A stretch of 64,000 nucleotides of DNA from Coleofasciculus sp. B1-GNL1-01 (GCA_040220235.1 JAVJTO010000063.1); one strand, 5' to 3'. Positions 49,013 to 60,562 are shown, numbered from the stretch's first letter. Made by a program: numbers and translations. The notes: generated by a model not told the origin, from the sequence alone.

Positions 49013-49528
49013 ATGATGTATACTCGCAGTTCCTATGAACTCATGGCATCCTATAACCAGTGGATGAACCAAAAGTTGTATGCGATTTGCGCTCAAATAC
49101 CTGATCAAAAACGCAAAGAAAACCTTGGTGCTTTCTTTCAGTCCATTCACGGAACATTAAATCATCTACTCTATGGCGATTTAGCCTGGATGGGACGTTT
49201 CACGGGCAATCCTTTAACCGGAACTAAAATTGGACAGATTTTGTATAATGATTTTCACCAACTGTGCCAAGAACGAGAAAGACTCGATCAGCAAATTATC
49301 GACTGGACAAAAACGCTGTCTGAGGACTGGTTAAATCAACTCTTTGACTATAGAAGTAATATTGATGGTCAAACTCGTATCTTACCCACCTGGGTTTTAG
49401 TTACCCATATGTTCAATCATCAAACCCATCATCGGGGGCAATTAACAACGCTTTTAAGTCAGTTAGGCTATGATCCAGGGGTGACTGATTTGCCCTGGTT
49501 ATCCAGTTTGTATGACCAAAACGGATAA
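49013..49528 (+). CDS. DinB family protein
   Basis: YNQWMN, SIHGTLNH, FNHQTHHRGQ. Confidence 0.93.
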   Translation: MMYTRSSYELMASYNQWMNQKLYAICAQIPDQKRKENLGAFFQSIHGTLNHLLYGDLAWMGRFTGNPLTGTKIGQILYNDFHQLCQERERLDQQIIDWTKTLSEDWLNQLFDYRSNIDGQTRILPTWVLVTHMFNHQTHHRGQLTTLLSQLGYDPGVTDLPWLSSLYDQNG

Positions 49529-49876
49529 AATAACTAAATCCGCACAACTGTAGAAGCGGATGTAAAGTTATTTTATTTTACTAAGTAGGATAGTGGAAAT
49601 AAATTCAACTCTATTAAGTTATGTTAATAAGCTGTTCGGCATTTAAACCTTAATGTCAAGAAGTGCGAAATCCTTGTAATTCCTCGAACCCCCTCTATCG
49701 CTTTCCTGTAGGCGCTGAGGTTGTAGTAGGAACAGGCTTCGATATAGGTTTGTAGGGTGGTTATCTTCTGGACTTTGATATTAGGGAAATCAGCATCAAA
49801 TACTTCATAAACCGTTACTAATTCCGATTTACCTTTAACTCCTGTACAGTATCAGAGGTAGCGCAAACCTCTGTCT

Positions 49877-51424
49877 ATGCTCAATTCTCTTGTCTCATTC
49901 AAAACCAATCAACGTCCTTACCGCCCTCGGTTTACCCCCAAACAACTGCTGCTGCTGTTGCTATTGTTACTCGAAGCACAACTTGTCACCCAGCCAACCC
50001 CAGTCACGGCTCAAACAGATCCGCCGACAACGGTTGAATCCTCCCCGGATACGACGCCGACAATTTGCCCTGCGGATCTCAAAGCCTCCATTGACGCGAT
50101 CGCAACTCGTCCCGAATTTGATTATGCGCGTTGGGGTATCTTGATCCAACCCCTATTCTCAGACACACCCTTATATAGTCGGGAACGCGATCGCTATTTT
50201 ATCCCCGCCTCTAATCTCAAACTCTTCACCACAGCCGCCGCTTTATCCCAACTCGGTGCTAATTTTCGCATTCGCACCTCTATTTATGGCACGCCAACAG
50301 AAGGAACTATACCCCAATTACGAGTCGTTGGGCGAGGTGATCCCAGTTTAAATACGGATCAGTTAAAAGACTTAGCCCAACAGCTTCAGCGTCAGGGAAT
50401 TCGGCGCGTGGATCAACTGATTGTCGAAGATCGTTATTTTAGTGAACCTAAGGTTAACCCAACCTGGGAATGGTCAGATATTCAATTTTATTATGGGACG
50501 GCGGTCAATAGCTTAATTCTCAATGAAAATGCAGTATTACTAACCTTAACGCCTCAAGACATAGGACAACCCCTCACCGTGACTTGGGCTGATCCCATTG
50601 CAGCAAAACAATGGCAGATTGAAAATCAAACTGTTACTACTGACGCCGAACCAGCGGAATCAATTAATATTTCTGGGGTGCTGGGTAAACCATTATTACG
50701 AATTCGTGGTCAATTAGCGGCGGATGCAGGACTTTGGTTAACGGCGGTGGCAATTCCTGATCCGGCGGACTATTTCCTGGAGCATTTCCGTCTGGCGTTA
50801 GCGGATTCTGGAATTCAGGTGGAACGAGGGTTGGTAACGACTGAACCGAATTCTCAAGAAGACACTGAATTAGCGGCGGTAGACTCTCCTCCCCTGAGTG
50901 AATTGATTGCTGAAACCAATCAGCAAAGTAATAATTTGTATGCAGAAGCCTTATTGCGATCGCTGGGTGTGACCGATAAAGAGGCAAATGAGTCAACCGC
51001 TAAAGCTGGACGGGAACAGATTAGAGATATCTTAACCGAATTAGGGGTTGAACCGGAATCCTACGTCCTTGCTGATGGTTCCGGATTGTCTCGCCACAAT
51101 CTAGTAAGTCCCATGGCTATTGTACAAACCTTACAGGCGATCGCCCGAACTCCGATGGCACAATCCTATCGAGATTCCTTAGCTGTGGCTGGGGTAGAAG
51201 GAACACTACGACAACGCTTTCAGAATACCCCAGCCCAAGGTCGAGTGTATGCCAAAACCGGAACGATGACTGGTGTGTCAACCCTTTCCGGCTATGTAGA
51301 CGTTCCCGATTATCAACCTTTGGTATTTAGTATTATGGTGAATCAATCCAATCAATCAGTGAGTACAATCCGTCAAGCCATTGATGAAATTGTGGTTTTG
51401 CTGACGCGGCTACGTTCTTGTTAA
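49877..51424 (+). CDS. dacB: D-Ala-D-Ala carboxypeptidase/endopeptidase (PBP4, peptidase S13)
   Basis: PASNLK, SNN, DGSGLS, AKTGT. Confidence 0.95.
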   Translation: MLNSLVSFKTNQRPYRPRFTPKQLLLLLLLLLEAQLVTQPTPVTAQTDPPTTVESSPDTTPTICPADLKASIDAIATRPEFDYARWGILIQPLFSDTPLYSRERDRYFIPASNLKLFTTAAALSQLGANFRIRTSIYGTPTEGTIPQLRVVGRGDPSLNTDQLKDLAQQLQRQGIRRVDQLIVEDRYFSEPKVNPTWEWSDIQFYYGTAVNSLILNENAVLLTLTPQDIGQPLTVTWADPIAAKQWQIENQTVTTDAEPAESINISGVLGKPLLRIRGQLAADAGLWLTAVAIPDPADYFLEHFRLALADSGIQVERGLVTTEPNSQEDTELAAVDSPPLSELIAETNQQSNNLYAEALLRSLGVTDKEANESTAKAGREQIRDILTELGVEPESYVLADGSGLSRHNLVSPMAIVQTLQAIARTPMAQSYRDSLAVAGVEGTLRQRFQNTPAQGRVYAKTGTMTGVSTLSGYVDVPDYQPLVFSIMVNQSNQSVSTIRQAIDEIVVLLTRLRSC

Positions 51425-51541
51425 AAGAGGGAATAGGGAACAGAGAATTCTAGTGTTGTATCTGGGTTGGCTACCGCCGTAATAACCCAGTCCGCGTAGG
51501 CGGACTTTGTTTGTGTAGCAGCGATTTTAATCGCCCTAGCT

Positions 51542-52225
51542 TTAGAATTTGGCTAACCGACTCGTGGCGTAAAGATCATGATATTCGGTATAAAACTTGC
51601 CACTTCTAACTTCTCGACGTATAGGTTTACCCGTCCAAATTTCCACAGATACCCAATCGCCACTTTGTTTAAGTTGAAAACCGTCTTCACCTGGAATCAG
51701 GTCATCAAAAATAATTGACCAGTGGGGCGGTGAAATTTCCCAGGCTTGAGGCGGAATAATGCCCTCTTGTTTGCGATTTCGATCATAAATGGGGATAATT
51801 GTTTGAGGATTGAACCTAACTTGCGTCACAATGGGATTAATACAGCGACCTTCACGAATCACAAATTCAAGCACAGCATCCCAGTCATAGATGGGTTGAC
51901 AGTCTCCGACTCCAAACTCATCTTCTGGCACACAGATAGCTCCCATTAACCACGTTAACTTTGATAGAATCCGATTGACACGCGGGCGATCGCACTCTAG
52001 CAGGTTAAGTTCTACAGGGCTAAACTCGCGTAGTCTAGGTGTCCACTTGGGTGTCCATAATTCAAAGGATAAGGTTTCATCGATGGGAACACGGGTCAGA
52101 GTCAAGTTGGGAGTGGCTTGTCGGGGTTGCAATGCTTGGAGGAATTCTGACTGAATAAACTCTGACATCCCTCGGCTTGGCACGCTAAACATAGCAGTTT
52201 GAAACATAGTAGTTGAGTTAAGCAC
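51542..52225 (-). CDS. Conserved cyanobacterial hypothetical protein
   Basis: Clean ORF; no motif recognised; start uncertain. Confidence 0.65.
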   Translation of the reverse strand: MLNSTTMFQTAMFSVPSRGMSEFIQSEFLQALQPRQATPNLTLTRVPIDETLSFELWTPKWTPRLREFSPVELNLLECDRPRVNRILSKLTWLMGAICVPEDEFGVGDCQPIYDWDAVLEFVIREGRCINPIVTQVRFNPQTIIPIYDRNRKQEGIIPPQAWEISPPHWSIIFDDLIPGEDGFQLKQSGDWVSVEIWTGKPIRREVRSGKFYTEYHDLYATSRLAKF

Positions 52226-52781
52226 CTTTGTCTAGACTCAGCGAAAAAAGATAGAACCATCCTGATCAAGGTTATGCTTAAACCTGATCATCCGTTACCC
52301 CTCTAGAGTCTTAATTTGACCTTAATTCTCTATCAGAATTTTAATATCGAAGATTTAGCGACAAGCCTAAGTGATCGATACTTAAACTCATCCGTGATTC
52401 TTTTTGTTTAAAAATGTAATATAAATCACAGACAAGGGTCATGGGTCATTTTTTATAGCAAAATGCAGAAGGCAAAAGGGGGTTCCTTAAGTTGACACCT
52501 ATGGTTTGACAAATATAGCAACCGCCATAGCGGTTAGGACGCATCATTTGGTAAAGACGCGCCATGGCGCGTCTCTACAATAGTTCGCTTGTCCTAATCG
52601 ATGTGTCTACTGCTATAACATTTTGCCACAAACCGATAACTGGACTAAACCCGCCCTTAAATCATTCGTGAGGGCATAGGAAATTTTAAATCGTAATATG
52701 TAATTCAGACGGGGTGGGTTTAGTGACAGTTTGGTGGCAAAAAACAATAATGGTGAAACCCACCCCTACAACCGAAAAGAC

Positions 52782-53105
52782 TCAAAGCTCGTTGTCTATC
52801 ATTTCCTGCAACTTTTGCTTACCAATAGCACCTTCGTGGAACTGGGCAACCTCTCCATTTTTAAAGAGTAAGAGTGAGGGGACTCCTTCGACGTGATACT
52901 GTTTCACAGTAATGGGATTTGGATCAACTTCCATCTTAGTCACTTTCAGGCGATCGCTATAATTTTGTGCAATCCAATTCACCGAGGGCGAGACGAGGCG
53001 GCAAGGTCCACACCAATTTGCCCAAAGATACACTAGCACTGGCTTGTCAGCTTTTAAAACTTCGGTTTCAAACTCCTGATCGGTAATCTCAAGTACGTTA
53101 CTCAC
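52782..53105 (-). CDS. Thioredoxin
   Basis: WCGPC active site; GTG start with a GGAGG SD. Confidence 0.93.
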   Translation of the reverse strand: MSNVLEITDQEFETEVLKADKPVLVYLWANWCGPCRLVSPSVNWIAQNYSDRLKVTKMEVDPNPITVKQYHVEGVPSLLLFKNGEVAQFHEGAIGKQKLQEMIDNEL

Positions 53106-53332
53106 AACACCCTCCATAAACACAAATGACTACTCTAGCGAGACTCACCGCCTCTCGACAATGGTTAGCCATTGTCAGATGATCAGTCAGTCAGCCCGTT
53201 TTTTCCGGTTCTCTCGATCAGTCTAAGCCTTCAGGCGATCGCAAGAAAACATCCAAGGAAAAGGAAATGTCATGATTATGATCTAGAGACGCGCCATGGC
53301 GCGTCTCTAGGATTGTTGATGATGGCTGATGC

Positions 53333-54112
53333 TTACAAATTGTCGATTTGCTTTCGCAGTTGTTCCAATTCGTCGTCAACTTCGGATTGGGGGGCAGCAC
53401 CCGAGTCTGTTTTCTGCTCCGATGTGCCTTCTAAAGCGGGCTGGGAGACCGAACCACCGGATAACTGGGCTTTCATTGCCGTTAACTCATCATCAACATC
53501 ACTACCCGATTCCAGGGCAGCAAATTGACTTTCTAAGTCAGCACCACCCAACTCATGAGCCGCTTGGGAACGGGCTTCGAGTTCCATCACTTTGTCTTCC
53601 ATCCGCTCAAATGCCCCCATTGCCGAACTGGTTCCCAACCGACCAATGGTGCTTTGTAACTGTTCGTTTGCTTTGGCAGCACTCACCCGTGCCTTAAGCA
53701 TATCTTTCTTGGTCTTCGCCTCAGAAATTTTGCTTTCCAAGGCAACCAGGTTACGCTTCAGGGTGGCTACTTGAGTGGTTTGCTGTTCAAGCTGACCTTT
53801 TAGGGTCGCGGCTGTATCAGCGACGGATTTCTTACGCTGGAGTGCTTCCCGGGCGAGGTTTTCATCCCCTTTTTGCAGGGCAAGTTGGGCGCGTTGCTGC
53901 CAGTTATTGGCTTCGGATTGGTTTTTATTGTATTGTTGCTCGGTACGTTTTTGGGTGGCAATGGATCGGGCAACGGCTTGGCGCAGTTGTACCAGATCTT
54001 CTTGCATGTCAATAATGGCTTGCTCCAGAATTTTTTCTGGGTCTTCAGCCTTGCTAACCATATCGTTAAGATTAGCTCTGACAACTCGGCTCAGGCGATC
54101 GAATAGTCCCAT
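53333..54112 (-). CDS. vipp1: Vipp1/IM30 (PspA family)
   Basis: MGLFDRLSRVVRANLNDMVSKAEDPEK; AFERMEDKV; extra C-terminal helix EVDDELEQLRKQIDNL. Confidence 0.92.
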   Translation of the reverse strand: MGLFDRLSRVVRANLNDMVSKAEDPEKILEQAIIDMQEDLVQLRQAVARSIATQKRTEQQYNKNQSEANNWQQRAQLALQKGDENLAREALQRKKSVADTAATLKGQLEQQTTQVATLKRNLVALESKISEAKTKKDMLKARVSAAKANEQLQSTIGRLGTSSAMGAFERMEDKVMELEARSQAAHELGGADLESQFAALESGSDVDDELTAMKAQLSGGSVSQPALEGTSEQKTDSGAAPQSEVDDELEQLRKQIDNL

Positions 54113-54390
54113 GACGCTGTTTATCCTCGCGGAATGTACAAACTAAGTATCAAGCAGGCTCTAAGCTTGGGAACCTGCTCAGGGGGTCAATTTTGTGGAA
54201 TAGAGGCTCTCCTGCCTTTTGGAGAAAGCACTGGGTTAATGTAATTGAAACACTCATCAAATTATGGTATTCGGACAGGAGGCTATTTATCTAGTGTAAA
54301 AACTTCCAGCTAAATAGTGCTAGCTCGTCTTCGTTTTTGGTATTGAGGAGACGTTTGACAGATGTCCCATGGCACGTCTGTGGGCATCAA

Positions 54391-55155
54391 CTAGGATTTA
54401 TCCAGATCAGAACGCAGTTTGTCCAGTTCTGCCTCGATCTCCGCATTGCCACCTGATGCGGCTTGAGCGGACGGTAATTGTGCCGATTCCGTTGTGCCAC
54501 CTAGGTTAGCTTTCATCGAGGCTAATTCTGTATCAACGTCATTGCCACTTTCTATGGCATTAAATTTCTTTTCCAGTTCATCGCCACTAGAGAGTTCCGC
54601 GATCGCCTCCGAGCGGGCTTCGAGTTCGTGTACTCTGTCTTCCATACGCTCAAAGGCACTCAAAGTCCCGCCTGTGTTGAGATTTCCTAACATCTCGTTA
54701 ATTTTCTCTGAGGCTTGAGCTGAACGCGCTCTGGCAATGTAAAGGTCTTTTTTCGTTTTTGCCTCCGAGATTTTACTCTCTAGGGTCCGCATATCTTTTT
54801 TAAGTTTAGTAACAATCTCACCTTGCTGCCCCAGTTGCCCCTGGAGAGCTTGAGCCGTTTGCTGATGAGTTTGTCGCCGAGTTAGGGCTTCTCGTGCCAA
54901 ATTATCGTCCCCTTTCGACAGTGCCAGTTGAGCGCGGTTGTACCATTCTTGTGCCGTTGATTCAGCTTGGGAGGCTTGGCGTTCTGTACGTTTTTGGGAC
55001 GCGATCGCTTGGGCGACAGCCTGCCGCATTTGGATTAAATCGTGCTGCATATCGTCTACAGCTTGTTCCAGAATCTTCTCTGGATCTTCGGCTTGTCCAA
55101 TCAGGCTATTCAGGTTGGCGCGAATTACTCGCCAGATGCGATCAATCAATCCCAT
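54391..55155 (-). CDS. pspA: PspA/IM30 family protein (second paralogue)
   Basis: MGLIDRIWRVIRANLNSLIGQAEDPEK; KTKKDLYIARARSA. Confidence 0.88.
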   Translation of the reverse strand: MGLIDRIWRVIRANLNSLIGQAEDPEKILEQAVDDMQHDLIQMRQAVAQAIASQKRTERQASQAESTAQEWYNRAQLALSKGDDNLAREALTRRQTHQQTAQALQGQLGQQGEIVTKLKKDMRTLESKISEAKTKKDLYIARARSAQASEKINEMLGNLNTGGTLSAFERMEDRVHELEARSEAIAELSSGDELEKKFNAIESGNDVDTELASMKANLGGTTESAQLPSAQAASGGNAEIEAELDKLRSDLDKS

Positions 55156-55280
55156 AGCAGCTCTCCATTGTGGTTAGGGGTGGGGAAAACTTTAACCCTA
55201 TGGTATCTCAGGCTTCTTTGTCTGATGTAAGTAGGTGGACACAATTAAAGTTAACGGTTGAGATTAGGGAACTCTTACAA

Positions 55281-56609
55281 TCATTCAGGTTTATAAATCG
55301 ATGCAGAAAGCCCTTGTTGTTTAAGCCTCTCGACCAGGGTTTTGGCTTCTGACTCTAATTTAAATGCACCCATAGCAATTCTTGTCCCTGCGGGTACGTT
55401 CACTACGTAAGCATCAGGGACAATAGTTTGGGCTGTCTCCAGCACACTACTATCGCTAGAGTTAATCAGCACATAATAGAACTCATCACTCAGATTCGAG
55501 ACGGCGTTGTTGGGATTCAGTTCAGCCGAGGTAGATTTATTCGTTTTTTCTGAGGACTTGTTAGTCGATGATTCGGGTTGAGCGGGTGAGGAATTTGGTG
55601 TCACCGATGGCGTCGCCGTTGGAGGTGGTGGGGTAGGAGGAGTTAAAAGGGCGGATGGTAAATTTGAGGCTGGATTCGGTAACTGGGGTAAAGGTAGCAC
55701 TGAAGCTGTGGGTGGAGCCGCTGCTGGAGGCTGTGAATTGGGAATGGGGGCGATGGGTGCAGCACTTGGACTAGAGGTTGGATTGGCTTTCAGATTAGGG
55801 AGTGTATTGATATTCACGTCTGGGAATTCATCATCACTGGCAAGATTAGGTCGATTTACGCCGAGTAATTCATTTTCCCCATTAGCGGTTGTCGCTGTTG
55901 AATTCTCAGCCGTTGTGGGTATCTCAGTTTCTAAGAAGTCAAGTCCTAGGCTAGTCCGAAAAATATAGGTCAATGTCGCACTCGAAACCAGCAAGAGTAA
56001 AATCGAACCGACACCGAGGGGAGTGAGGATTCTATTCGTTATGGGTTTTTGGGATTCCTTTGGGGTTTCCTGTTCGGCTAACGTTTGCCGTAGTTTTTCT
56101 GAGGATTCTAAGTAGTCTTCTGGCTGAGACTGATCCGTTGTCGGGACAACTAATTTACCGTCCTCTTCTAGGGATTCCTCTAGGCTTGGGAAGTCAGTAA
56201 CGCTTTGCTCCTGAGTCTTCACCAAGGGGGCTTCCTGGCTAGGTAGGGGAGGAAACAGGGGTGGAGTGGGTTCAGTCTCTGGGGATTCCCTCTGTTCTGG
56301 TGTGGGAGAACCACTCACGGGAGAGGATTGCCGATCAATGTCTCCGGGAGAACTCGTAGAATCGGCGGCTGGGGCGATAGAAATAGGAGACGCTGTTGTC
56401 GGCTCAAGCTGATTGACTCCCGGTTTCTGTTTGGGGTAACGTCCCGGCAGTTGGGGAGATGTGATACCACGTCCCCGACGTTGGCGTCGATAGCGGGCTA
56501 ATTCGGCTTCGAGTTGCACGTCTAGGCTACCTAAAGCCGTCTGCAAAGCAGGGTTAATCGACAGAGGGGAGGAAGGAGTTGATGATGTAGCTGAGGTTTT
56601 TTGGCTCAT
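55281..56609 (-). CDS. Single-pass Pro-rich protein with a C-terminal SPOR-like domain
   Basis: SLDVQLEAELARYRR, TPLGVGSILLLL TM, VPDAYV..IAMGAF..A..LVERLKQQGLSA. Confidence 0.75.
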   Translation of the reverse strand: MSQKTSATSSTPSSPLSINPALQTALGSLDVQLEAELARYRRQRRGRGITSPQLPGRYPKQKPGVNQLEPTTASPISIAPAADSTSSPGDIDRQSSPVSGSPTPEQRESPETEPTPPLFPPLPSQEAPLVKTQEQSVTDFPSLEESLEEDGKLVVPTTDQSQPEDYLESSEKLRQTLAEQETPKESQKPITNRILTPLGVGSILLLLVSSATLTYIFRTSLGLDFLETEIPTTAENSTATTANGENELLGVNRPNLASDDEFPDVNINTLPNLKANPTSSPSAAPIAPIPNSQPPAAAPPTASVLPLPQLPNPASNLPSALLTPPTPPPPTATPSVTPNSSPAQPESSTNKSSEKTNKSTSAELNPNNAVSNLSDEFYYVLINSSDSSVLETAQTIVPDAYVVNVPAGTRIAMGAFKLESEAKTLVERLKQQGLSASIYKPE

Positions 56610-56725
56610 GAAGGGAACTTCCGTTTAATCCGGCAGGGTTGAGTTAGAGGCTCGTTGTGACAACGAAGACAGTCGTTAAGGATGGTGTTGGTTTAAGATA
56701 GCTGTATAGGGAAGCATAAATACTC

Positions 56726-57268
56726 ATGCTGAAATCTCTTAATCATATAGTAGAAGCACTGGATAATCAGCCGTTTTGGCAAGGTCAAAAGCAATTTCAA
56801 CAGATCCGCGACTGTTGGGCTGAGGTTGTGGGTGCAGATAGGGCGCAGCAAACTAGACCCCATTCACTATCCCGGAATATTCTTTATGTTGCCACGTCAA
56901 GTTCGGTTTGGTCTCAAGATCTGAGTTTAAATTGCCGTTCTATTTTGAAACAGCTTAATGCTCGATTGTCCACGCCGATAGAGACTATCCGTTTTTCGCC
57001 CGGATGGTGGTATCAAGAGCAAACCTTACCCCAGGCTGAGGAATCGGAACATCCCAGCCTTGTGGATGAACCGGAGGTCTCATCGTCTGCCGATCCGCCT
57101 GTGGAACCGCCTACACCCCAAACGGCATTTGAACAGTGGGCGGCAAAAATTAAGGCGCGATCGCAGAACTTGCCCCTTTGTCCGCAATGTCATTGTCCCA
57201 CACCGCCAGGAGAACTGAAGCGCTGGCACGTTTGTGGCTTGTGTGCGACCAAGCAGTGGCAAGGTTAG
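56726..57268 (+). CDS. dciA: DUF721/DciA family protein with C-terminal zinc ribbon
   Basis: WAEVVG..TRP..LYVATSSSVWSQDL; CPQC..CGLC. Confidence 0.85.
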   Translation: MLKSLNHIVEALDNQPFWQGQKQFQQIRDCWAEVVGADRAQQTRPHSLSRNILYVATSSSVWSQDLSLNCRSILKQLNARLSTPIETIRFSPGWWYQEQTLPQAEESEHPSLVDEPEVSSSADPPVEPPTPQTAFEQWAAKIKARSQNLPLCPQCHCPTPPGELKRWHVCGLCATKQWQG

Positions 57269-57603
57269 TGGATTAGGTGAGAGGTTACCCACCCCTTGAC
57301 CCTGCTTATCAATGCTGGGCAATCAGATTGATTTAACTTATCATTTTCGTTAAAATTTCTCGCTAAAATTTCGTATCTAACTATACATTAGGTTTTCCGT
57401 TAGACTTGATCCCCATTGGGTTTCACCAAAAATTCACCAAGTTTCTGACCAAGCTTAACTGATTGTTTCGTTTCTTTGCGAAAATATGTTCATATATAAA
57501 GCAATTATAAAGAAAATATAAAGTATCAATAGTTTAAGTAAAAAATAATGGAAATTAAGAAGATATAGGCAGCTAATTAAACGTTCATTTTTTAAGACAT
57601 CCA

Positions 57604-57912
57604 ATGAAGACCTTTAAATGCTCAACGTCCGCTTGTCAGTTTTGTCGCTATTACCAACTTGAAGGACGGCGCGGCGGTATGTGTCAGCAACTTGGCGTAC
57701 CCGTTAAAGCCAATTGGAAAGCTTGTTCTTTAGCCCTACCACCCTTTGCGCCCTCGTGGGAAAGTTTTGAGCAAATATGGCTTGATGATCAACGCATGTT
57801 GAGAGAAGATTTAGCTACAACCTGCTCACATAGCCATTCCCAGCCGACACGCTCGACAAAAGTTCAGACATCAAACCCTGAAAACGAGGCAACTAAAGTT
57901 GCTCTTGTGTGA
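57604..57912 (+). CDS. Small Cys-rich conserved hypothetical protein
   Basis: CQFCRYYQLEGRRGGMCQQLGVPV..WKAC..PPF. Confidence 0.75.
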   Translation: MKTFKCSTSACQFCRYYQLEGRRGGMCQQLGVPVKANWKACSLALPPFAPSWESFEQIWLDDQRMLREDLATTCSHSHSQPTRSTKVQTSNPENEATKVALV

Positions 57913-58185
57913 TTTCCCTTTTATAAGGCTCGGCTAGAGTATCGGTTGATTAGAGGTTACTTACAGCCTTCATCAATTGAACACATTCAGATCAGTAAAG
58001 GCATAAAGCTTACCCTTAAGTTTTATCGTTTTAGTGGATTTCCTTTTAATTAATCTTTGATAACCAAATCTTAATCTTTGAGAAAATTGATGTAGGGGCG
58101 GGTTTCACCGTTATCGTTTCTGACCTTACCTAGATGTGACTAAACCCGCCCCGACCGAGTGAAAGACCTAACGAACAGTGTCAAA

Positions 58186-59019
58186 CTACGGTAACCAAGG
58201 ATATTGACGGAAATCAGGAGGGCGCTTTTCCAGGAAGGCTTGTTTCCCTTCTGACCCCTCCTCCGTCATGTAGTACAGTAATGTGGCATTTCCCGCCAAT
58301 TCTTGCAAACCTGCTTGACCATCACAGTCAGCGTTAAACGCCGCTTTTAAGCAACGGATAGCGATGGGACTTTTTTGTAAAATTTCCCTTGCCCATTGAA
58401 TCCCCTCCGCTTCCAACTGGTCTACAGGGACAACAGTATTCACCAAACCCATATCCAGCGCCTCTTGTGCCGTATACTGGCGGCAGAGGAACCAAATCTC
58501 CCGGGCTTTCTTCTGACCCACGATTCGGGCGAGATAGCTAGCGCCAAACCCGCCATCAAAACTGCCAACTTTTGGACCAGTTTGCCCAAAGATGGCATTA
58601 TCTGCGGCAATGGTTAGGTCACAGATAACGTGCAAGACATGACCGCCGCCAATGGCATACCCGGCAACTAAGGCAATCACGACTTTGGGCATCGAACGAA
58701 TCAGGCGTTGTAAGTCTAAGACATTTAAGCGAGGAACGCCATCATCGCCAACGTATCCTGCCTTATCCCGGACACTTTGATCCCCTCCAGAACAGAAGGC
58801 ATATTTACCATCGGTGTGAGGACCCGCCCCGGTTAATAGGACAACGCCAATTCTCTGGTCTTCGCGGGCGTTACAAAAGGCGTCGTAGAGTTCAAAAACA
58901 GTTTTAGGGCGGAAGGCGTTGCGCTTGTGGGGGCGATTAATGGTGATTTTGGCGATACCGTCGGCTTTGTGATAAAGAATATCCTCGTAGGTTTTGGCGG
59001 TTTGCCAGTCAATTGACAT
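58186..59019 (-). CDS. menB: 1,4-dihydroxy-2-naphthoyl-CoA synthase
   Basis: [47 protein letters not shown]; internal ATG at 59019. Confidence 0.95.
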   Translation of the reverse strand: MSIDWQTAKTYEDILYHKADGIAKITINRPHKRNAFRPKTVFELYDAFCNAREDQRIGVVLLTGAGPHTDGKYAFCSGGDQSVRDKAGYVGDDGVPRLNVLDLQRLIRSMPKVVIALVAGYAIGGGHVLHVICDLTIAADNAIFGQTGPKVGSFDGGFGASYLARIVGQKKAREIWFLCRQYTAQEALDMGLVNTVVPVDQLEAEGIQWAREILQKSPIAIRCLKAAFNADCDGQAGLQELAGNATLLYYMTEEGSEGKQAFLEKRPPDFRQYPWLP

Positions 59020-59550
59020 ATCAGTATTTTCCGTTTTCAGTCGCCGCAGTGATTCTTCCAATTGTTGCATCGCCACACTCGCATCGCGTCCATGGGTGCA
59101 GACTTTGGTCATCAGAAAAACTTGATCACGCCGCCCAGCCAGGGCTTTGCCCATCAATTCTTCACTGCGATGGTTATTATATTCCCAGGCATTATCCATA
59201 AACGTGATTCCCGCGTCAACGGCTTCTTGGACAATGCGGATTGCTTCCTCCTGACTCGACGCATGACCCAAATGAGCGCCGCCTAAGCCAATGGCGGAGA
59301 CATCTACACCAGTGCGCCCCAGGGGACGACGGGGGATTTCTCCAGGGTTGAGGCTTGTCATACTATTTATATCTCCTGCAAGGAGCGTTTTTGGGAGCGG
59401 TGCGGCTGCAACAGGTTGGTTGACTGATTGCAAAATTAAGTCAGAGAGAGCAATTCCTGCACCAAGGACACCGCATCGTTTGAGAAACTGTCTGCGCTGG
59501 GGGTTGAGTGGAGAGTGATCACTAACGGCTTTGTCGTTATCGGTCATCAA
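59020..59550 (-). pseudogene. N-terminal fragment of a Tat-exported aldo/keto reductase, fused in frame to menB
   Basis: RRQFLK Tat motif, [37 protein letters not shown], then directly the MenB start. Confidence 0.8.
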
Positions 59551-59590
59551 CTTTTATCCGTTTACCATACTTTAAGTATGTTCAAAAAGT

Positions 59591-60562
59591 ATGTTCAAAG
59601 ACTCAGTTTTGCTCAACGACTGGCACGTTATTGCGGCGGCTGATAACTTTACTGCGGGTACGGTGCAGTCTATACGGTTGCTGGAACATGATTTAGTGAT
59701 GTGGCATGATGGCGAAGACTTCTCGGTTGGGCAAGATCAATGTCCGCACCGAGGGGCGGCTTTATCACGAGGAGTTGTTCGCTCAGGCAATTTGATCTGT
59801 CCTTATCACGGCTTGGCGTATGACCGAAAGGGAAACTGCATTCGCATTCCTGCTCATCCTCACCTGACACCACCAGCAAGTGCTAGTTTGACGACTTATC
59901 CTATTATTAAACGCTACGGCTTAATTTGGACATCTCTGGGTCAACCCAAGGATACACTTCCTTATTTCCCGGAGTGGGATGACCCCAGTTATCGGAAAAT
60001 TCTCTGCGGTGCATATTATTATCGCGCTAGCGGTTTTCGCGCCTTGGAAAATTTTCTGGATTTGGCTCATTTTCCCTTTGTTCATCAGGGAGTGCTGGGA
60101 GACGAGTGTCAAAGTGCGATCGCGGACTATCATGTCCACTCTACCCCAGATGAAATTATGATTGACAATATCAAAATCTGGCAACCTGATCCTGATGGTA
60201 CAGGTAAAGGTAGTTATGTCACCTATAGTTATCGAATTTTGCGTCCACTAACGGCTCATTTTATCAAAGCATCAACTCAAGGGAACTTGGCTATTTTTTT
60301 TACCGTCACGCCCGTCACGGAAACCGAATGTCTGGGCTGGATGGGGTTAGCGATGAATTATGGGTTTGATGTTCCTGAAGCTGAATTAAAAGCGTTTCAA
60401 GATAAAGTTGTGGCTCAAGATATTCCCATTGTTGAGTCACAACGTCCTCGATTATTACCGTTAGATTTACAAAAGGAATGTCATTTTCCCAGTGATCAAG
60501 CCTCCCTAGCTTACCGTCGCTGGCTGAAACAAAAGGGGGTGACATTTGGCACGATACCGTAG
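59591..60562 (+). CDS. Rieske non-heme iron oxygenase alpha subunit (VanA-like)
   Basis: CPHRG..CPYHG; ENFLDLAHFPFVH; QDIPIVESQ. Confidence 0.92.
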   Translation: MFKDSVLLNDWHVIAAADNFTAGTVQSIRLLEHDLVMWHDGEDFSVGQDQCPHRGAALSRGVVRSGNLICPYHGLAYDRKGNCIRIPAHPHLTPPASASLTTYPIIKRYGLIWTSLGQPKDTLPYFPEWDDPSYRKILCGAYYYRASGFRALENFLDLAHFPFVHQGVLGDECQSAIADYHVHSTPDEIMIDNIKIWQPDPDGTGKGSYVTYSYRILRPLTAHFIKASTQGNLAIFFTVTPVTETECLGWMGLAMNYGFDVPEAELKAFQDKVVAQDIPIVESQRPRLLPLDLQKECHFPSDQASLAYRRWLKQKGVTFGTIP

